DNA of 64,000 nucleotides from Candidatus Moraniibacteriota bacterium (GCA_030648835.1 JAUSGT010000003.1:65307-129306), one strand, 5' to 3'. Counted from the first letter of the stretch, positions 26,968-36,916 are shown. The notes: generated from the sequence alone by a model not told the origin. Numbers and translations: made by a program.

Positions 26968-28026
26968 ATGCAATTGCGCTCATTCAATGTCTATTTCTTT
27001 TTTCTCCTCCTTTTTGGGGTGGGGATAGTGGTGTTTTTTGTTTTTGAGCCGTTCTTGACGGCTGTCGTGGCGGCTGCTATTTTATCGGCTCTTTTCAAAC
27101 ACCCTTACAATACCCTTGAGAAATGGACGAGGGGGAGCAGGGGCTGGAGCGCATTCCTTACCTGTCTTCTGGTGATTTTCATCGTTGTGACGCCGGTTTT
27201 TCTGGTACTGAGTCTCGCTATAGGTGAGGCCAACAATCTGTACCACACTTTGAGCGAGGAATCGGCTCTGGAAAGAATTATCAACAAAAATGTCGAAATA
27301 GCTCACACTGTTCCGTATCTGAATATTTTCTTCGATACGGAGACACTCAATGAAGGGCGGATCTTAAGTGATATCAAAGAGTTCAGCCAGAACGCTCTCG
27401 GTTTGCTCCAGGCCGCGTATCAGGGGATTACCAGTTTTATTTTCTGGGTATTTGTGATGTTCTTTTCACTTTTTTATTTCTTGATCGATGGCAAACGGAT
27501 GCTGGGGCGGCTTATGGGGTTGAGCCCCTTGAGAGATGAACATGACAGACTTCTCATCAAAAAATTTGTTTCCATCAGTCGAGCCACACTCAAGGGGACG
27601 ATTGTCATTTGCATCATCCAGGGTCTTTTGGGAGGGTTTACGTTTTGGGTGGCCGGCATTCCATCGCCGGTTATTTGGGGGCTGGTGATGACGCTCTCTT
27701 CGATTATTCCCATGGTCGGATCGGGACTGGTCTGGCTTCCGGCCGGTATCATTATGCTTTTGCTTGGGAATATTTGGCAGGGAGTTTTCATCCTTGCGGT
27801 GGGGATGGGAATTATTTCGGTGATAGACAATGTCCTTCGCCCAAAATTGGTTGGCAAAGACACGCAGATGCATCCGCTGCTTGTCCTTTTCGCGACTCTG
27901 GGCGGGATATCACTTTTCGGGTTGACGGGTTTTATTATCGGACCAATTGTTGTCTCTCTCTTCTTGGCTTTGGGTGAGATTTACAGCATCGAGTTCCGTG
28001 ATCAGCTCAAAGAATACAACCAATAG
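26968..28026 (+). CDS. AI-2E family transporter (PerM/UPF0118)
   Basis: 8-TM topology; conserved C-terminal block ILAVGMGIISVIDNVLRPKLVGK. Confidence 0.8.
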   Translation: MQLRSFNVYFFFLLLFGVGIVVFFVFEPFLTAVVAAAILSALFKHPYNTLEKWTRGSRGWSAFLTCLLVIFIVVTPVFLVLSLAIGEANNLYHTLSEESALERIINKNVEIAHTVPYLNIFFDTETLNEGRILSDIKEFSQNALGLLQAAYQGITSFIFWVFVMFFSLFYFLIDGKRMLGRLMGLSPLRDEHDRLLIKKFVSISRATLKGTIVICIIQGLLGGFTFWVAGIPSPVIWGLVMTLSSIIPMVGSGLVWLPAGIIMLLLGNIWQGVFILAVGMGIISVIDNVLRPKLVGKDTQMHPLLVLFATLGGISLFGLTGFIIGPIVVSLFLALGEIYSIEFRDQLKEYNQ

Positions 28027-28088
28027 CGAGCTTGTAAGGGGTAGTTTCTTAGCTTTTTAGAAAAATCCTTGTTTAGAATCTACAAGCT

Positions 28089-28946
28089 ATGAATGGGTGG
28101 CAACATCTTCCGGAAACTATAGATCCGATCGCCGGCACGATCGGATTTTTTTCGGTGCATTGGTATGCGGTGTGGTTTCTCATCGGATTTTTTGTGATGT
28201 TTTTTTTCGCGCTTCATCTGACACAGAGAGGTGTTGTGGCGTATCCTCGGGACGCAGTTTTCGATATGTTGGCAGTCCTTTTTTTCGGCGCGCTCATCGG
28301 TGGGCGTATCGGATATGTGCTTTTGTATCATCCGGATGTTTTTCTCGAGAATCCAATTATGATTTTCTCCCCCTATGATTTCGGGCGCGGGGTATGGACG
28401 GGGCTTTCCGGTATGAGCTATTACGGAGGATTGATCGGGGTAACTGTAGCTTTGGTTTGGTTTAGCGCCAGGAAGAAGCTTTCTTTTTGGAAGATGGCTG
28501 ACTTTGCGGCTCTTTTGGCTCCGGTAGCCATATTTTTTGGACGATTGGGGAATTTTTTCAATGTGGAACTCCCGGGGAGAATAACCGCAGTTCCGTGGGG
28601 GATGGTGTTTCCGGGGACTCTGCCGAGAGGAGTCTTGCGTCACCCATCCACTCTGTACGAAGCTTTTTTTGAGGGGGTGGTTCTTCTCGGCATACTGTTG
28701 TTTCTACGACGCCAGGCGCGTTTTGATGGAGCCCTAGCCTGTTTTTTCTTGGCGCTGTATGCCGGCGTTCGTTTTGGCAGTGAATATTTCCGCGAACCGG
28801 ATCCGCAATTGGGGCTTTTTTTCAATCCGCCAACCGGAGGATTTACTCTCGGGCAGATACTCTCTTTTGCGATGTTGTGCATAACAGTGGTGATTTTCGT
28901 GTGGCTCAAACGAAAAAATCGTGTTAAAATAGTACACAACGCCTAA
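28089..28946 (+). CDS. lgt: prolipoprotein diacylglyceryl transferase
   Basis: Lgt signature FGRLGNFFNVELPGR (G-x-R-x-GNF-x-N-x-E); polytopic membrane protein. Confidence 0.9.
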   Translation: MNGWQHLPETIDPIAGTIGFFSVHWYAVWFLIGFFVMFFFALHLTQRGVVAYPRDAVFDMLAVLFFGALIGGRIGYVLLYHPDVFLENPIMIFSPYDFGRGVWTGLSGMSYYGGLIGVTVALVWFSARKKLSFWKMADFAALLAPVAIFFGRLGNFFNVELPGRITAVPWGMVFPGTLPRGVLRHPSTLYEAFFEGVVLLGILLFLRRQARFDGALACFFLALYAGVRFGSEYFREPDPQLGLFFNPPTGGFTLGQILSFAMLCITVVIFVWLKRKNRVKIVHNA

Positions 28947-28965
28947 ACTATTCTTCATTTTTTCT

Positions 28966-29376
28966 ATGTTCGATAAAAAAATAATCACTGTTCTCGTCGG
29001 GGCGCTGGTGCTTGTGACGGGCTTCGTCTATTGGGGCCTCTCGGATGGGGGGCAGACGGTGGTTGATGATGAGACGGCGATTGTTTACTATTGGGGCGAT
29101 GGCTGTCCGCATTGCAAGATAGTCAGTGATTTTCTCGAGGCGAATGATATCGCCAGCAAAGTTTCCTTTGAAAAGAAAGAAGTCTGGAGCAATAAAACGA
29201 ATGCTAGTGAAATGGGGCGCCGGGCAAAGGCATGTGGTGTCAAGCCGGAGGGGATGGGGGTGCCGTTTGTTTATGGTGGGGATGGAAAATGCTATATTGG
29301 TGAAGTGGATGCCGTCAATTTTTTCAAGGTAAAGAGCGGTATGAGTACGGACACTTCTTCTGAAACACAAAGGTAA
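28966..29376 (+). CDS. secreted/anchored glutaredoxin-like (thioredoxin-fold) protein
   Basis: N-terminal TM; WGDGCPHCK active site; VPFVYGG cis-Pro motif as in glutaredoxins. Confidence 0.65.
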   Translation: MFDKKIITVLVGALVLVTGFVYWGLSDGGQTVVDDETAIVYYWGDGCPHCKIVSDFLEANDIASKVSFEKKEVWSNKTNASEMGRRAKACGVKPEGMGVPFVYGGDGKCYIGEVDAVNFFKVKSGMSTDTSSETQR

Positions 29377-29381
29377 TTTTC

Positions 29382-30353
29382 ATGGAACTTTCTTCTTCTT
29401 ACTCAAACGGGCCTCTGTATAGTCCGCAAAAGCGGGCGCTGGATATTGCCGTATCCAAGAAAACCGTTTTGGTTTTGAAGCCACCACGGAATACCCACAT
29501 GCTGCCGGGATGTTTGCCTGAAGTTTCCAAAAAGCGGGGGCTTGACGGAGCGCAGAAGGAAAAGCAGACGCTTCTCATGCAATTACAAGAGCGTTCATTA
29601 GAAGACGTTCTCTGGCGCTTTTTCCGTAAAGGGGAACTTTACTATCGATTGGTGAAACGTATTTTTTTTCGGCTTATTCCGGACATCACCCCTCACAAAA
29701 TGCTCTACGGCTCCTTGGTGGGCGGGGTGGCGTTTGGGATGGTCTCCATGGCCTTTATGGAACACTTTTTCGGGCCAGGCGTTTTCGCCCGTTCCTCGGA
29801 TTCGGCGCAGGAAGTGACAATTTCGCCAACCGGAGTAGCGGCGGTGTCTCAAACGGACGCAGATATAAAACAAACCGGTTACAATAGCGATACGGACATC
29901 TTTTTTGAATATTTCAATGAAGCTTCGGATGTACAATACAAGGAAACAGTCAAAAATATGGTCAAGGGGTATCCGATTGAAGGAATGCTCCCCTATATTT
30001 TTGAGCAAGACCGACTGACATCCGCTTTTTTGATTGGCATTGCCAAGAAGGAAAGCAACTGGGGCAAGCGTATCCCGGTCTTGGATGGGCAGGACTGTTT
30101 CAACTACTGGGGTTATCGGGGGGTGAGGAGGCTCATGGGGACAGGTGGGCACACTTGTTTCAATAGCAGCAAGGATGCCGTGGAAACGGTTGCCAAGCGT
30201 CTCAATACGCTTATCCATTCGGAAAAATTGAATACTCCGGAGAAAATGATTGTTTGGAAATGCGGATTCAGCTGTAGCGGGCATAGTCGTGAAAGTGTGA
30301 AAAAATGGATCAGCGACGTGGATATGTATTTCAAACAGCTGAGCGACGAATAG
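29382..30353 (+). CDS. membrane-anchored divergent GH73-like (glucosaminidase-type) peptidoglycan hydrolase homologue with Cys-rich C-terminus, paralogue 1
   Basis: TM helix; IAKKESNWGK (E-S-x-W-G of GH73/FlgJ-type), FNYWGYRG, VWKCGFSCSGHS; C-terminal ~170 aa clearly paralogous to the next gene. Confidence 0.5.
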   Translation: MELSSSYSNGPLYSPQKRALDIAVSKKTVLVLKPPRNTHMLPGCLPEVSKKRGLDGAQKEKQTLLMQLQERSLEDVLWRFFRKGELYYRLVKRIFFRLIPDITPHKMLYGSLVGGVAFGMVSMAFMEHFFGPGVFARSSDSAQEVTISPTGVAAVSQTDADIKQTGYNSDTDIFFEYFNEASDVQYKETVKNMVKGYPIEGMLPYIFEQDRLTSAFLIGIAKKESNWGKRIPVLDGQDCFNYWGYRGVRRLMGTGGHTCFNSSKDAVETVAKRLNTLIHSEKLNTPEKMIVWKCGFSCSGHSRESVKKWISDVDMYFKQLSDE

Positions 30354-30428
30354 GAAAAGAGAAAACGTGGGAAATCCCTTGTATAAGGGATTTTTTTGTA
30401 TTTATGGGGATAAAATGATTGACGGAAG

Positions 30429-31271
30429 GTGAAAAACTTGGTATTATTAGGCTTGCGTTTCAAAAGAGTTTTTGCTGTTTTAAGCCATTTCTTTGAGAAG
30501 GCAAAAGTTAGTGTGTCTATGAAAAATTTCTGCCAAAAATTGTTTTTTGCCAAAAGCGGCCTGTATTCTTGTTTGGCCTTTTTTTCTTTTGGATTGATGA
30601 GCGTTTTGCCCACAGCGTCTCAGATGATTCCCGATATTTCTCTTTCGGAAGCCAAATCTGTGGGCATGGTCACGACAGAAGAAGCAAACGAAAACGCTGC
30701 CGAACTTTGCCGCCTGCAGTCGGATGTGGCGTTGTTTACGGCTTTGCAGGAGCAAAAGAATGATATCCTTCAAACTGATACTTTGTGTGATAAAAAAACT
30801 CAAACCATGGTTAAGGCGGTAGGAAAAGGGGATGTCCACTTTGATAAGGCCTTGGGTGATACGATTCGAGAAATGACTATTGGTTACCCGATGGAAAAGA
30901 TGGCGCCGATTATCGCCAGATACGATCGGGAAGTTGCGGCGCTCATAGTAGGCATCGCCAAAAAAGAGAGCGATTGGGGAAAGCACAGCCCAAGCGATCA
31001 AAGTGGAGCGGATTGTTTCAATTATTGGGGGTACAAGGGGGCGGGAAGCCGTGGTGTGGCGATGGGGCATGGCTGTTTTGGTAGCCCTGAAGAAGCGGTG
31101 GTAACTGTCGGTGATCGTCTTCGAAAACTCGTTTCCTTGCGTCAGACAAGCGAACCGAAAAATATGGTTGTTTGGAAATGCGGCTCCAGTTGCAAGGGTC
31201 ACAGCCAAGAGAGCGTGAAAAAATGGGTTGCTGACGTTTCTCTTTATTATCAGCGTATAGTGGCGGAATAA
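30429..31271 (+). CDS. membrane-anchored divergent GH73-like protein, paralogue 2
   Basis: IAKKESDWGK, FNYWGYKG, VWKCGSSCKGHS; N-terminal TM. Confidence 0.5.
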   Translation: MKNLVLLGLRFKRVFAVLSHFFEKAKVSVSMKNFCQKLFFAKSGLYSCLAFFSFGLMSVLPTASQMIPDISLSEAKSVGMVTTEEANENAAELCRLQSDVALFTALQEQKNDILQTDTLCDKKTQTMVKAVGKGDVHFDKALGDTIREMTIGYPMEKMAPIIARYDREVAALIVGIAKKESDWGKHSPSDQSGADCFNYWGYKGAGSRGVAMGHGCFGSPEEAVVTVGDRLRKLVSLRQTSEPKNMVVWKCGSSCKGHSQESVKKWVADVSLYYQRIVAE

Positions 31272-31290
31272 TTTCTTTTCGTAATCCCAA

Positions 31291-31328
31291 TCTCTCGATA
31301 GCTATCTCTCGAGAGACTTTTGTTTTTG
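31291..31328 (+). terminator. Rho-independent terminator after GH73-like paralogue 2
   Basis: TCTCTCGATAGCTATCTCTCGAGAGA near-palindrome followed by CTTTTGTTTTTG. Confidence 0.65.
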
Positions 31329-31396
31329 ATTCGTGGTTTTTCAGGTATAATGGTTCTATACCGTAGCGGGGGCAAACTCTTGAGTAAAAACTATTT

Positions 31397-32332
31397 ATGT
31401 CGTGGATTGGAGTAGCACTTTTCGGGTATTTTTTCAATGCCGTGACGGCGATTTTCGATAAGTATCTGCTTGCCGAGCGTATCAAGACGCCGGCGGTGTA
31501 TGCTTTTTTTGTTTCTTTGTTCAGTTTGTTCGTTCTCATATTTATTCCTTTCGGATTTCGGTTTTTCAATTGGCAGACAACGGGGATCTTCCTTTTTTCG
31601 GGGGCTTTGTTTCTTTATGGGTTGGTGGCTCTGTATACTGCCGTGAAAGAAAGTGAAATTTCCCGCATAACGCCCTTGGTTGGAACAGTAGTTTCTCTTG
31701 TTGCTATCGGAGTGGGATTTTTTCCAGGAACTTTTTCAGAAACCGCTTTTTCTTTGTCTCATATAGTGGTGCTTGTTTTATTGATCGGCGGTGGATTGCT
31801 TATTTCTTTCGATTTGCCACTGCGAAAACAGGAGCATATCTCTTCTTCTGTCGTTATTGCGGGTGTGGCTATGGGGGTATCGCTGCTTCTTTTGAAATAC
31901 GGATACGCTGATGCGAATTTTGTCAGCGGTTTGATATGGTCGCGGATAGGAATGTTTTTGGCCGGGCTCTCTCTTTTTTTGGTACCAACGTACCGTGGGC
32001 AGATTCTGAATGAAGTGAGCGCATTTTCCGGAATTTCCCGTTCGGTAGTCCATACGGGAGCGATCTTTGTGATGAATAAGCTCTGTGCCGGAGGAGCGAG
32101 CCTCCTCATTATTTATGCGACCTATCTCGGCCCGGTTTCTTTCGTACAGGCGCTTTCCGGGATGCAGTATGTTTTTCTCCTTCTTTTGGCTTTGCCGCTT
32201 TCTTTGCGTTATCCTCAAGTGTTCGGTGAAAGGCTGTTCTTCTGGGATTGGTTTCAGAAGGCTTGCGCAATCATAATTATCGGGCTTGGTTTGTGGCTCT
32301 CTGCCACGAGTGGAATAAAACTACTTGTCTAA
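31397..32332 (+). CDS. 10-TM membrane protein, possibly DMT/EamA-like superfamily
   Basis: Hydropathy only; two 5-TM halves. Confidence 0.4.
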   Translation: MSWIGVALFGYFFNAVTAIFDKYLLAERIKTPAVYAFFVSLFSLFVLIFIPFGFRFFNWQTTGIFLFSGALFLYGLVALYTAVKESEISRITPLVGTVVSLVAIGVGFFPGTFSETAFSLSHIVVLVLLIGGGLLISFDLPLRKQEHISSSVVIAGVAMGVSLLLLKYGYADANFVSGLIWSRIGMFLAGLSLFLVPTYRGQILNEVSAFSGISRSVVHTGAIFVMNKLCAGGASLLIIYATYLGPVSFVQALSGMQYVFLLLLALPLSLRYPQVFGERLFFWDWFQKACAIIIIGLGLWLSATSGIKLLV

Positions 32333-32334
32333 AT

Positions 32335-32381
32335 TCTTAATACCTAATACATAATACATAATACCTAATACCTAATACCTT
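32335..32381. repeat. heptamer repeat array (TACCTAA / TACATAA units) immediately upstream of start codon
   Basis: ttcttaatacctaatacataatacataatacctaatacctaatacc. Confidence 0.85.
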
Positions 32382-32391
32382 TTTTCATTCT

Positions 32392-33402
32392 ATGCGTCAT
32401 TTGTTGAAAATAATCGGGAGAGTTGTATTGATTATTGTCACATGCACAGCCCTCTTGTTCGGGTATTTCAATCTTCCGGGGCCGGCTCCGCGTGAGGATG
32501 TGCAGTTGGGGATGACGTTTTCGTCACGCTATGCGACAGACCTCGGACTCGATTGGAAACAGACGTATTTGGCGCTTCTTGATGAGATCGGAGTCAAGAA
32601 ATTGCGTCTACCGGTGTATTGGGATCTCGCGGAACCGAAACAGGGCGAGTATGTTTGGGATGATCTTGACTGGCAGCTTAAGGAAGCAGAGAAATATCAG
32701 GTAGAGGTTATTCTCACTATCGGCCAGAAAGTGCCGCGTTGGCCCGAGTGTCATATTCCGGAGTGGGTGGGCGCCGATAGCGAGAAACGACAGACTGCCC
32801 TCTTGTATTTTATGGGTAGGGTGGTGGAGCGTTATAAAAGCAATCAGACTGTAACAATGTGGCAAGTCGAGAACGAACCTTTTTTGGCTTTTGGGATATG
32901 CCCACCACTCGATAAAAATTTTTTGAAGCAAGAAGTAGCTTTCGTAAAAACACTGGATCCAATTCGTAAAGTACTCCTGACGGATAGCGGGGAACTTTCA
33001 TTTTGGTATGGCGCGGCCAGTCTGGGGGATGTTTTCGGTACGACGATGTATCGGCGTATTTGGAGTCCAAAAGTCGGGGGGTATTTTACCTATCCGATTG
33101 GGCCGAATTTTTTCCGGGTCAAAGCGTTCCTCATCAATATCCTCGCGCATCAGTACAACATTATGGTTATCGAATTGCAGGCGGAACCATGGGCATCCGG
33201 CTGGATAGTCGATATTCCGCTTGAAGAGCAGTTTCGTACAATGGATGAGACCAAACTGCGGGAAAATGTAAAATACGCCAAGCAAGTCGGATTTGGGGAA
33301 GTGTATCTATGGGGTGGAGAATGGTGGTATTGGCTCAAAGAAAAAAAGAATTACCCGGCTCTTTGGGAAACGGGAAAGGAACTTTTTCGTGAACAGCGGT
33401 AA
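32392..33402 (+). CDS. membrane-anchored glycoside hydrolase, clan GH-A (GH5-like TIM barrel)
   Basis: N-terminal TM; catalytic acid/base motif WQVENEPF; second Glu in IELQAEPW. Confidence 0.6.
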   Translation: MRHLLKIIGRVVLIIVTCTALLFGYFNLPGPAPREDVQLGMTFSSRYATDLGLDWKQTYLALLDEIGVKKLRLPVYWDLAEPKQGEYVWDDLDWQLKEAEKYQVEVILTIGQKVPRWPECHIPEWVGADSEKRQTALLYFMGRVVERYKSNQTVTMWQVENEPFLAFGICPPLDKNFLKQEVAFVKTLDPIRKVLLTDSGELSFWYGAASLGDVFGTTMYRRIWSPKVGGYFTYPIGPNFFRVKAFLINILAHQYNIMVIELQAEPWASGWIVDIPLEEQFRTMDETKLRENVKYAKQVGFGEVYLWGGEWWYWLKEKKNYPALWETGKELFREQR

Positions 33403-33546
33403 CGTGGGAGTTTAAAAATTATTCTGTAGAAAAGATTTCAAAAGTTTTTAGATGAACCGCGCCAAAGCAATTTTGCCGACATGGTTCCCTAAAAAACATT
33501 TTGAAACCTTTTCTACATTAGCTTTTATATTTTTCATTGATTTCAT

Positions 33547-34044
33547 ATGAAAAGGTTGGTTCTCATCATTCACAATGTTCGCAGTGCCCATAATGTCGGA
33601 TCTTTGTTTCGAACAGCAGACGGGGTTGGGGTACAAGAGGTTTTTCTTACCGGCTATACCCCGGCGCCTCCAAAGAGAGACGCGTTATATCTTACCGATG
33701 CGGAAAAATCTTTCAAGAAAACTGCTTTGGGGGCCGAGAAGTATGTGGTGTGGCAAAAGCAGTCCCCTCTCGGGAAAATTATCACGATGCTCAAAAAACA
33801 AGGCTATAAGATCGTGGCGCTCGAGCAGGCTACGAGAAGTATTGATTATCAAAAGTATGTTCCAGAAGCTCGTGTGGCGCTTATCGTCGGGAATGAAGTT
33901 CACGGCGTAGATGCGAAAATCCTGAAACAATGTGACACAATTATCGAAATCCCGATGTACGGAGAAAAAAATTCGCTCAATGTGTCGGTGGCCGGGGGCA
34001 TTGCTCTCTATCAAATAAAGGGTACAATGAAGAAAAGGGAGTGA
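33547..34044 (+). CDS. SpoU/TrmH-family RNA 2'-O-methyltransferase (SPOUT)
   Basis: HNVGSLFRTADGVGV, IVGNEVHGV, IPMYGEKNSLNVSVAGGIALY. Confidence 0.85.
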   Translation: MKRLVLIIHNVRSAHNVGSLFRTADGVGVQEVFLTGYTPAPPKRDALYLTDAEKSFKKTALGAEKYVVWQKQSPLGKIITMLKKQGYKIVALEQATRSIDYQKYVPEARVALIVGNEVHGVDAKILKQCDTIIEIPMYGEKNSLNVSVAGGIALYQIKGTMKKRE

Positions 34045-34072
34045 ATCCTTAACAGAAAATACACACAAAATT

Positions 34073-35542
34073 ATGTTTCGACGGATCACTTTACCTCTTA
34101 TCATTTTGGCGATTTTTGGAATTTTCATAGCGAGATGGCAAGGAGCTGCTCTTTTTGCGAATCTTGTGTGGGCAGAAGATACTTCTCTTTTCCCCAAGAC
34201 AACATCCTCCCTGTCATTGCCCATCAGCACGCGATCAACAAGGGTTGAAACAGAGACAACCTCCGGGCAATCTGTTCCAGATGTAACGAATACGACGGTT
34301 GCGACACCAACATTCACTATTCCGACCTCGACTACCGCTATGCGATCGACAAACAGCACAACAAGCACAACTTCCGGGCAGACTCCTTCCAGTATTGTGT
34401 CACCAACAACTATTCCAACTACCAATACACAATCGATAAGCAGCGGGACAGGCACAACTTCCGGGCAGACTACTTCCAATACGGTGTCACCAGTAACTGC
34501 CCCGATTACCGCTACGCGAGCGACAAACAGCGGAGCGGGAACATCGTATGTCGCTCCGGTATCAGGCGCGGTGCAAGTGACAACAACAACTCCAAATGCT
34601 GAGCGTGTGGAATACTATGGTCAAAATCAACAGGGGAACACCGAAACATATTTAGGCGCGGCGGAAAATACGTCCTCTGGGACGTGGAGTCTGGATATCA
34701 ATGCGGCGAATCAGTTGCCGAACGGTGTTTATGATGTCTCCGCGAGAGCTGAACAGAGAGACGGAACGGTGGTAGAGAGCCGGCCCGCTCAATTGTATGT
34801 GGCAACTCCCGAAAATCCGATTTCACAAGAGGAAAAAGAGGTGTTTAAGAATTCAGAGAGAGATACGGATGGTGATGGTATTTCCGATAAGGAAGAAATA
34901 CGACTTGGGCTCAATCCAAAATCGGCCGATACCGACAAAGACGGTTTTATTGATGGTGACGAAATCAAAAACGGGTTTGACCCACTGAAGTTTTCGAGCG
35001 GTGATAAGAGTGACAAGATAGTTTTTGAATCGCCAAAAGAGCTTGTAACAAGTACTGGTGGGGGTGAGCCAATCAAGGAGAAAGAGAGTGACAAACGTTT
35101 CAGAGTAGATATGATAGAGCTGGTTGAAGCAGGCAGTGACGGGAAAAAGGCGACAAGATTTTCAGGGAAGGCTTTGCCAAATATGTTTATTACACTTTAT
35201 ATTTACAGCGATCCGATCATTGTGACGGTAAAAACGGACGAGGATGGCAACTGGACGTATGATTTGGACAAGGAATTGCCGGATGGCGATCATGAAATCT
35301 ACGTAGCCGTGACGGATAATGTTGGAAAGATTTCCGCGCAAAGTGAGGCCATCCCTTTCGTAAAGACCGCTCAAGCTGTCGCGATAAAACCGGCGGCTGC
35401 CGCTTCGGCAGAGGCTTTGCAGAACGCTTCGCCACTCGAGCGTTCACGGACAGAGTTTATCATCATAGCCATCATTATAGCCATGAGTTTCTTGGGGATA
35501 GCACTGGTAGTGATCGGCCGCAAGTCATCCATAATTCAATAA
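34073..35542 (+). CDS. cell-surface protein: signal/TM, Thr/Ser-rich ~40-aa repeats, Ig-like domains, thrombospondin type-3-like Ca-binding repeats, C-terminal TM anchor
   Basis: Repeats TTSGQ(S/T)...; DTDGDGISDKEE...DTDKDGFIDGDE; two beta-sandwich-like segments; terminal FIIIAIIIAMSFLGIALVVIG. Confidence 0.7.
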   Translation: MFRRITLPLIILAIFGIFIARWQGAALFANLVWAEDTSLFPKTTSSLSLPISTRSTRVETETTSGQSVPDVTNTTVATPTFTIPTSTTAMRSTNSTTSTTSGQTPSSIVSPTTIPTTNTQSISSGTGTTSGQTTSNTVSPVTAPITATRATNSGAGTSYVAPVSGAVQVTTTTPNAERVEYYGQNQQGNTETYLGAAENTSSGTWSLDINAANQLPNGVYDVSARAEQRDGTVVESRPAQLYVATPENPISQEEKEVFKNSERDTDGDGISDKEEIRLGLNPKSADTDKDGFIDGDEIKNGFDPLKFSSGDKSDKIVFESPKELVTSTGGGEPIKEKESDKRFRVDMIELVEAGSDGKKATRFSGKALPNMFITLYIYSDPIIVTVKTDEDGNWTYDLDKELPDGDHEIYVAVTDNVGKISAQSEAIPFVKTAQAVAIKPAAAASAEALQNASPLERSRTEFIIIAIIIAMSFLGIALVVIGRKSSIIQ

Positions 35543-36916
35543 ATGGCGTTCATGTTGAAAGGATCATTTAAAAAAGGTTTGGATTTTACAAAACGGAACC
35601 CGACAATTCTCTACTCGTTGTTTTTGATCGTTGCCGTGACCGGAACCTTGTTTTTTAACAGTTACTATTCCCTCCAAAAATTTCAGGTGACATCCGACGC
35701 GCTTTTGAAAAGCAAAGCGGTACTGGCGGAAAATATCTTTCGTATTTTGGGGAGCGATATTCTGAAGGACCCCACCCTGTTGCAGAACAAGCTTGATCGG
35801 ATACAAGAAGAGAACAGCGATGTGACGAATGTGGCGGTTTTTACGCGTCCAACCGATGAAGCCCCTTTCTCTGTCGTCGCGTCGACTGATCATGAAATTA
35901 TTGGGACGGTTGTGGAAGAGACGTCACTGCCGTATCTTATCGCATGGCAGGACGCGCGGATCGTTCCGGCATTTCTCACCAATGAGAATGGCAAGCGTTA
36001 CTGGAATGTCATTAAGAAAGTGACCGATACGGATGGTCGCGGATTGGGGCTGGTACTTTTTCAACTCTCACTTGAAGAACACGATGCTTTCGTGCGAAAA
36101 GCGATTTTGCAGGTGTATGGTGTCGCTATTCTTTCACTCATCCTCGTATTGCTTCTTCTTATGAATCATATGCGCTTCTTCCGTTACGCTTTGCGCGTTA
36201 CAAAATTGGAAGAAGTGGATCGGATGAAAGATGACTTCATTTCCATGGCGAGCCACGAGCTGAAGACGCCACTCACGGTGTTGCGCGGGTACATCGATCT
36301 TTTGCGGGATTCCATCGTGAAGCCCAGCGCCCCGGAAACGGAAAAACAGACGACTGAATATTTGGGGAATATGGATACTTCTCTTCTGCGCCTAAACAAT
36401 CTTGTGGAAGATATTTTGAATGTTTCTCGTCTCGAACAAAACCGTCTGCCCATCGGGTTGCAATCTGTCGATATAGGTATTGTGCTAGGTGATTTGGCGA
36501 AAGAATTTTCACTGCTTGCCAAAAATAAAGGACTCGTATTCCAGTACGAACCAGAAGTAATGCCGCCGGTTACCGCTGATCCGGAGCGTATGAAACAGAT
36601 ACTCATCAATCTTTTGGGTAATGCCGTAAAGTACACGGCAGCGGGGAAAGTGGAGCTTTCCGCCAAGGAAGTGGAGGACACCGTTGTCGTGACGGTAGCC
36701 GATACGGGGTTCGGTATTTCTTCTCAATCTCTCGAACACTTGTTTTCGAAATTCTATCGCGTGAAAACCGACCAAACGGCCACAATTTCCGGCAGCGGCC
36801 TCGGTCTCTGGATTTCCCGAGAAATTGCGCGTAAGATGGGGGGGGACCTGACGGTTGAAAGCATCGAGGGTGTCGGATCACACTTCCGTTTGCGTTTGAA
36901 GAAACACTCGAAGTAA
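35543..36916 (+). CDS. sensor histidine kinase (2 TM + periplasmic sensor, HisKA, HATPase_c); no response regulator nearby
   Basis: H-box SHELKTPL, N-box LLGNAVKYT, G-boxes DTGFGI / GSGLGL; start ATG immediately follows the stop of the surface protein (TAAATG). Confidence 0.85.
   Translation: MAFMLKGSFKKGLDFTKRNPTILYSLFLIVAVTGTLFFNSYYSLQKFQVTSDALLKSKAVLAENIFRILGSDILKDPTLLQNKLDRIQEENSDVTNVAVFTRPTDEAPFSVVASTDHEIIGTVVEETSLPYLIAWQDARIVPAFLTNENGKRYWNVIKKVTDTDGRGLGLVLFQLSLEEHDAFVRKAILQVYGVAILSLILVLLLLMNHMRFFRYALRVTKLEEVDRMKDDFISMASHELKTPLTVLRGYIDLLRDSIVKPSAPETEKQTTEYLGNMDTSLLRLNNLVEDILNVSRLEQNRLPIGLQSVDIGIVLGDLAKEFSLLAKNKGLVFQYEPEVMPPVTADPERMKQILINLLGNAVKYTAAGKVELSAKEVEDTVVVTVADTGFGISSQSLEHLFSKFYRVKTDQTATISGSGLGLWISREIARKMGGDLTVESIEGVGSHFRLRLKKHSK

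Noticed and set aside
29598-31208. 228-aa and 242-aa minus-strand ORFs
   Set aside because: Antisense to the two GH73-like paralogues; the plus-strand frames carry the conserved paralogous domain, the minus frames do not.
33685-34479. 264-aa minus-strand ORF
   Set aside because: Mirror reading frame of the Thr/Ser-rich repeat region of the surface protein; a repeat-driven open frame with no start context.
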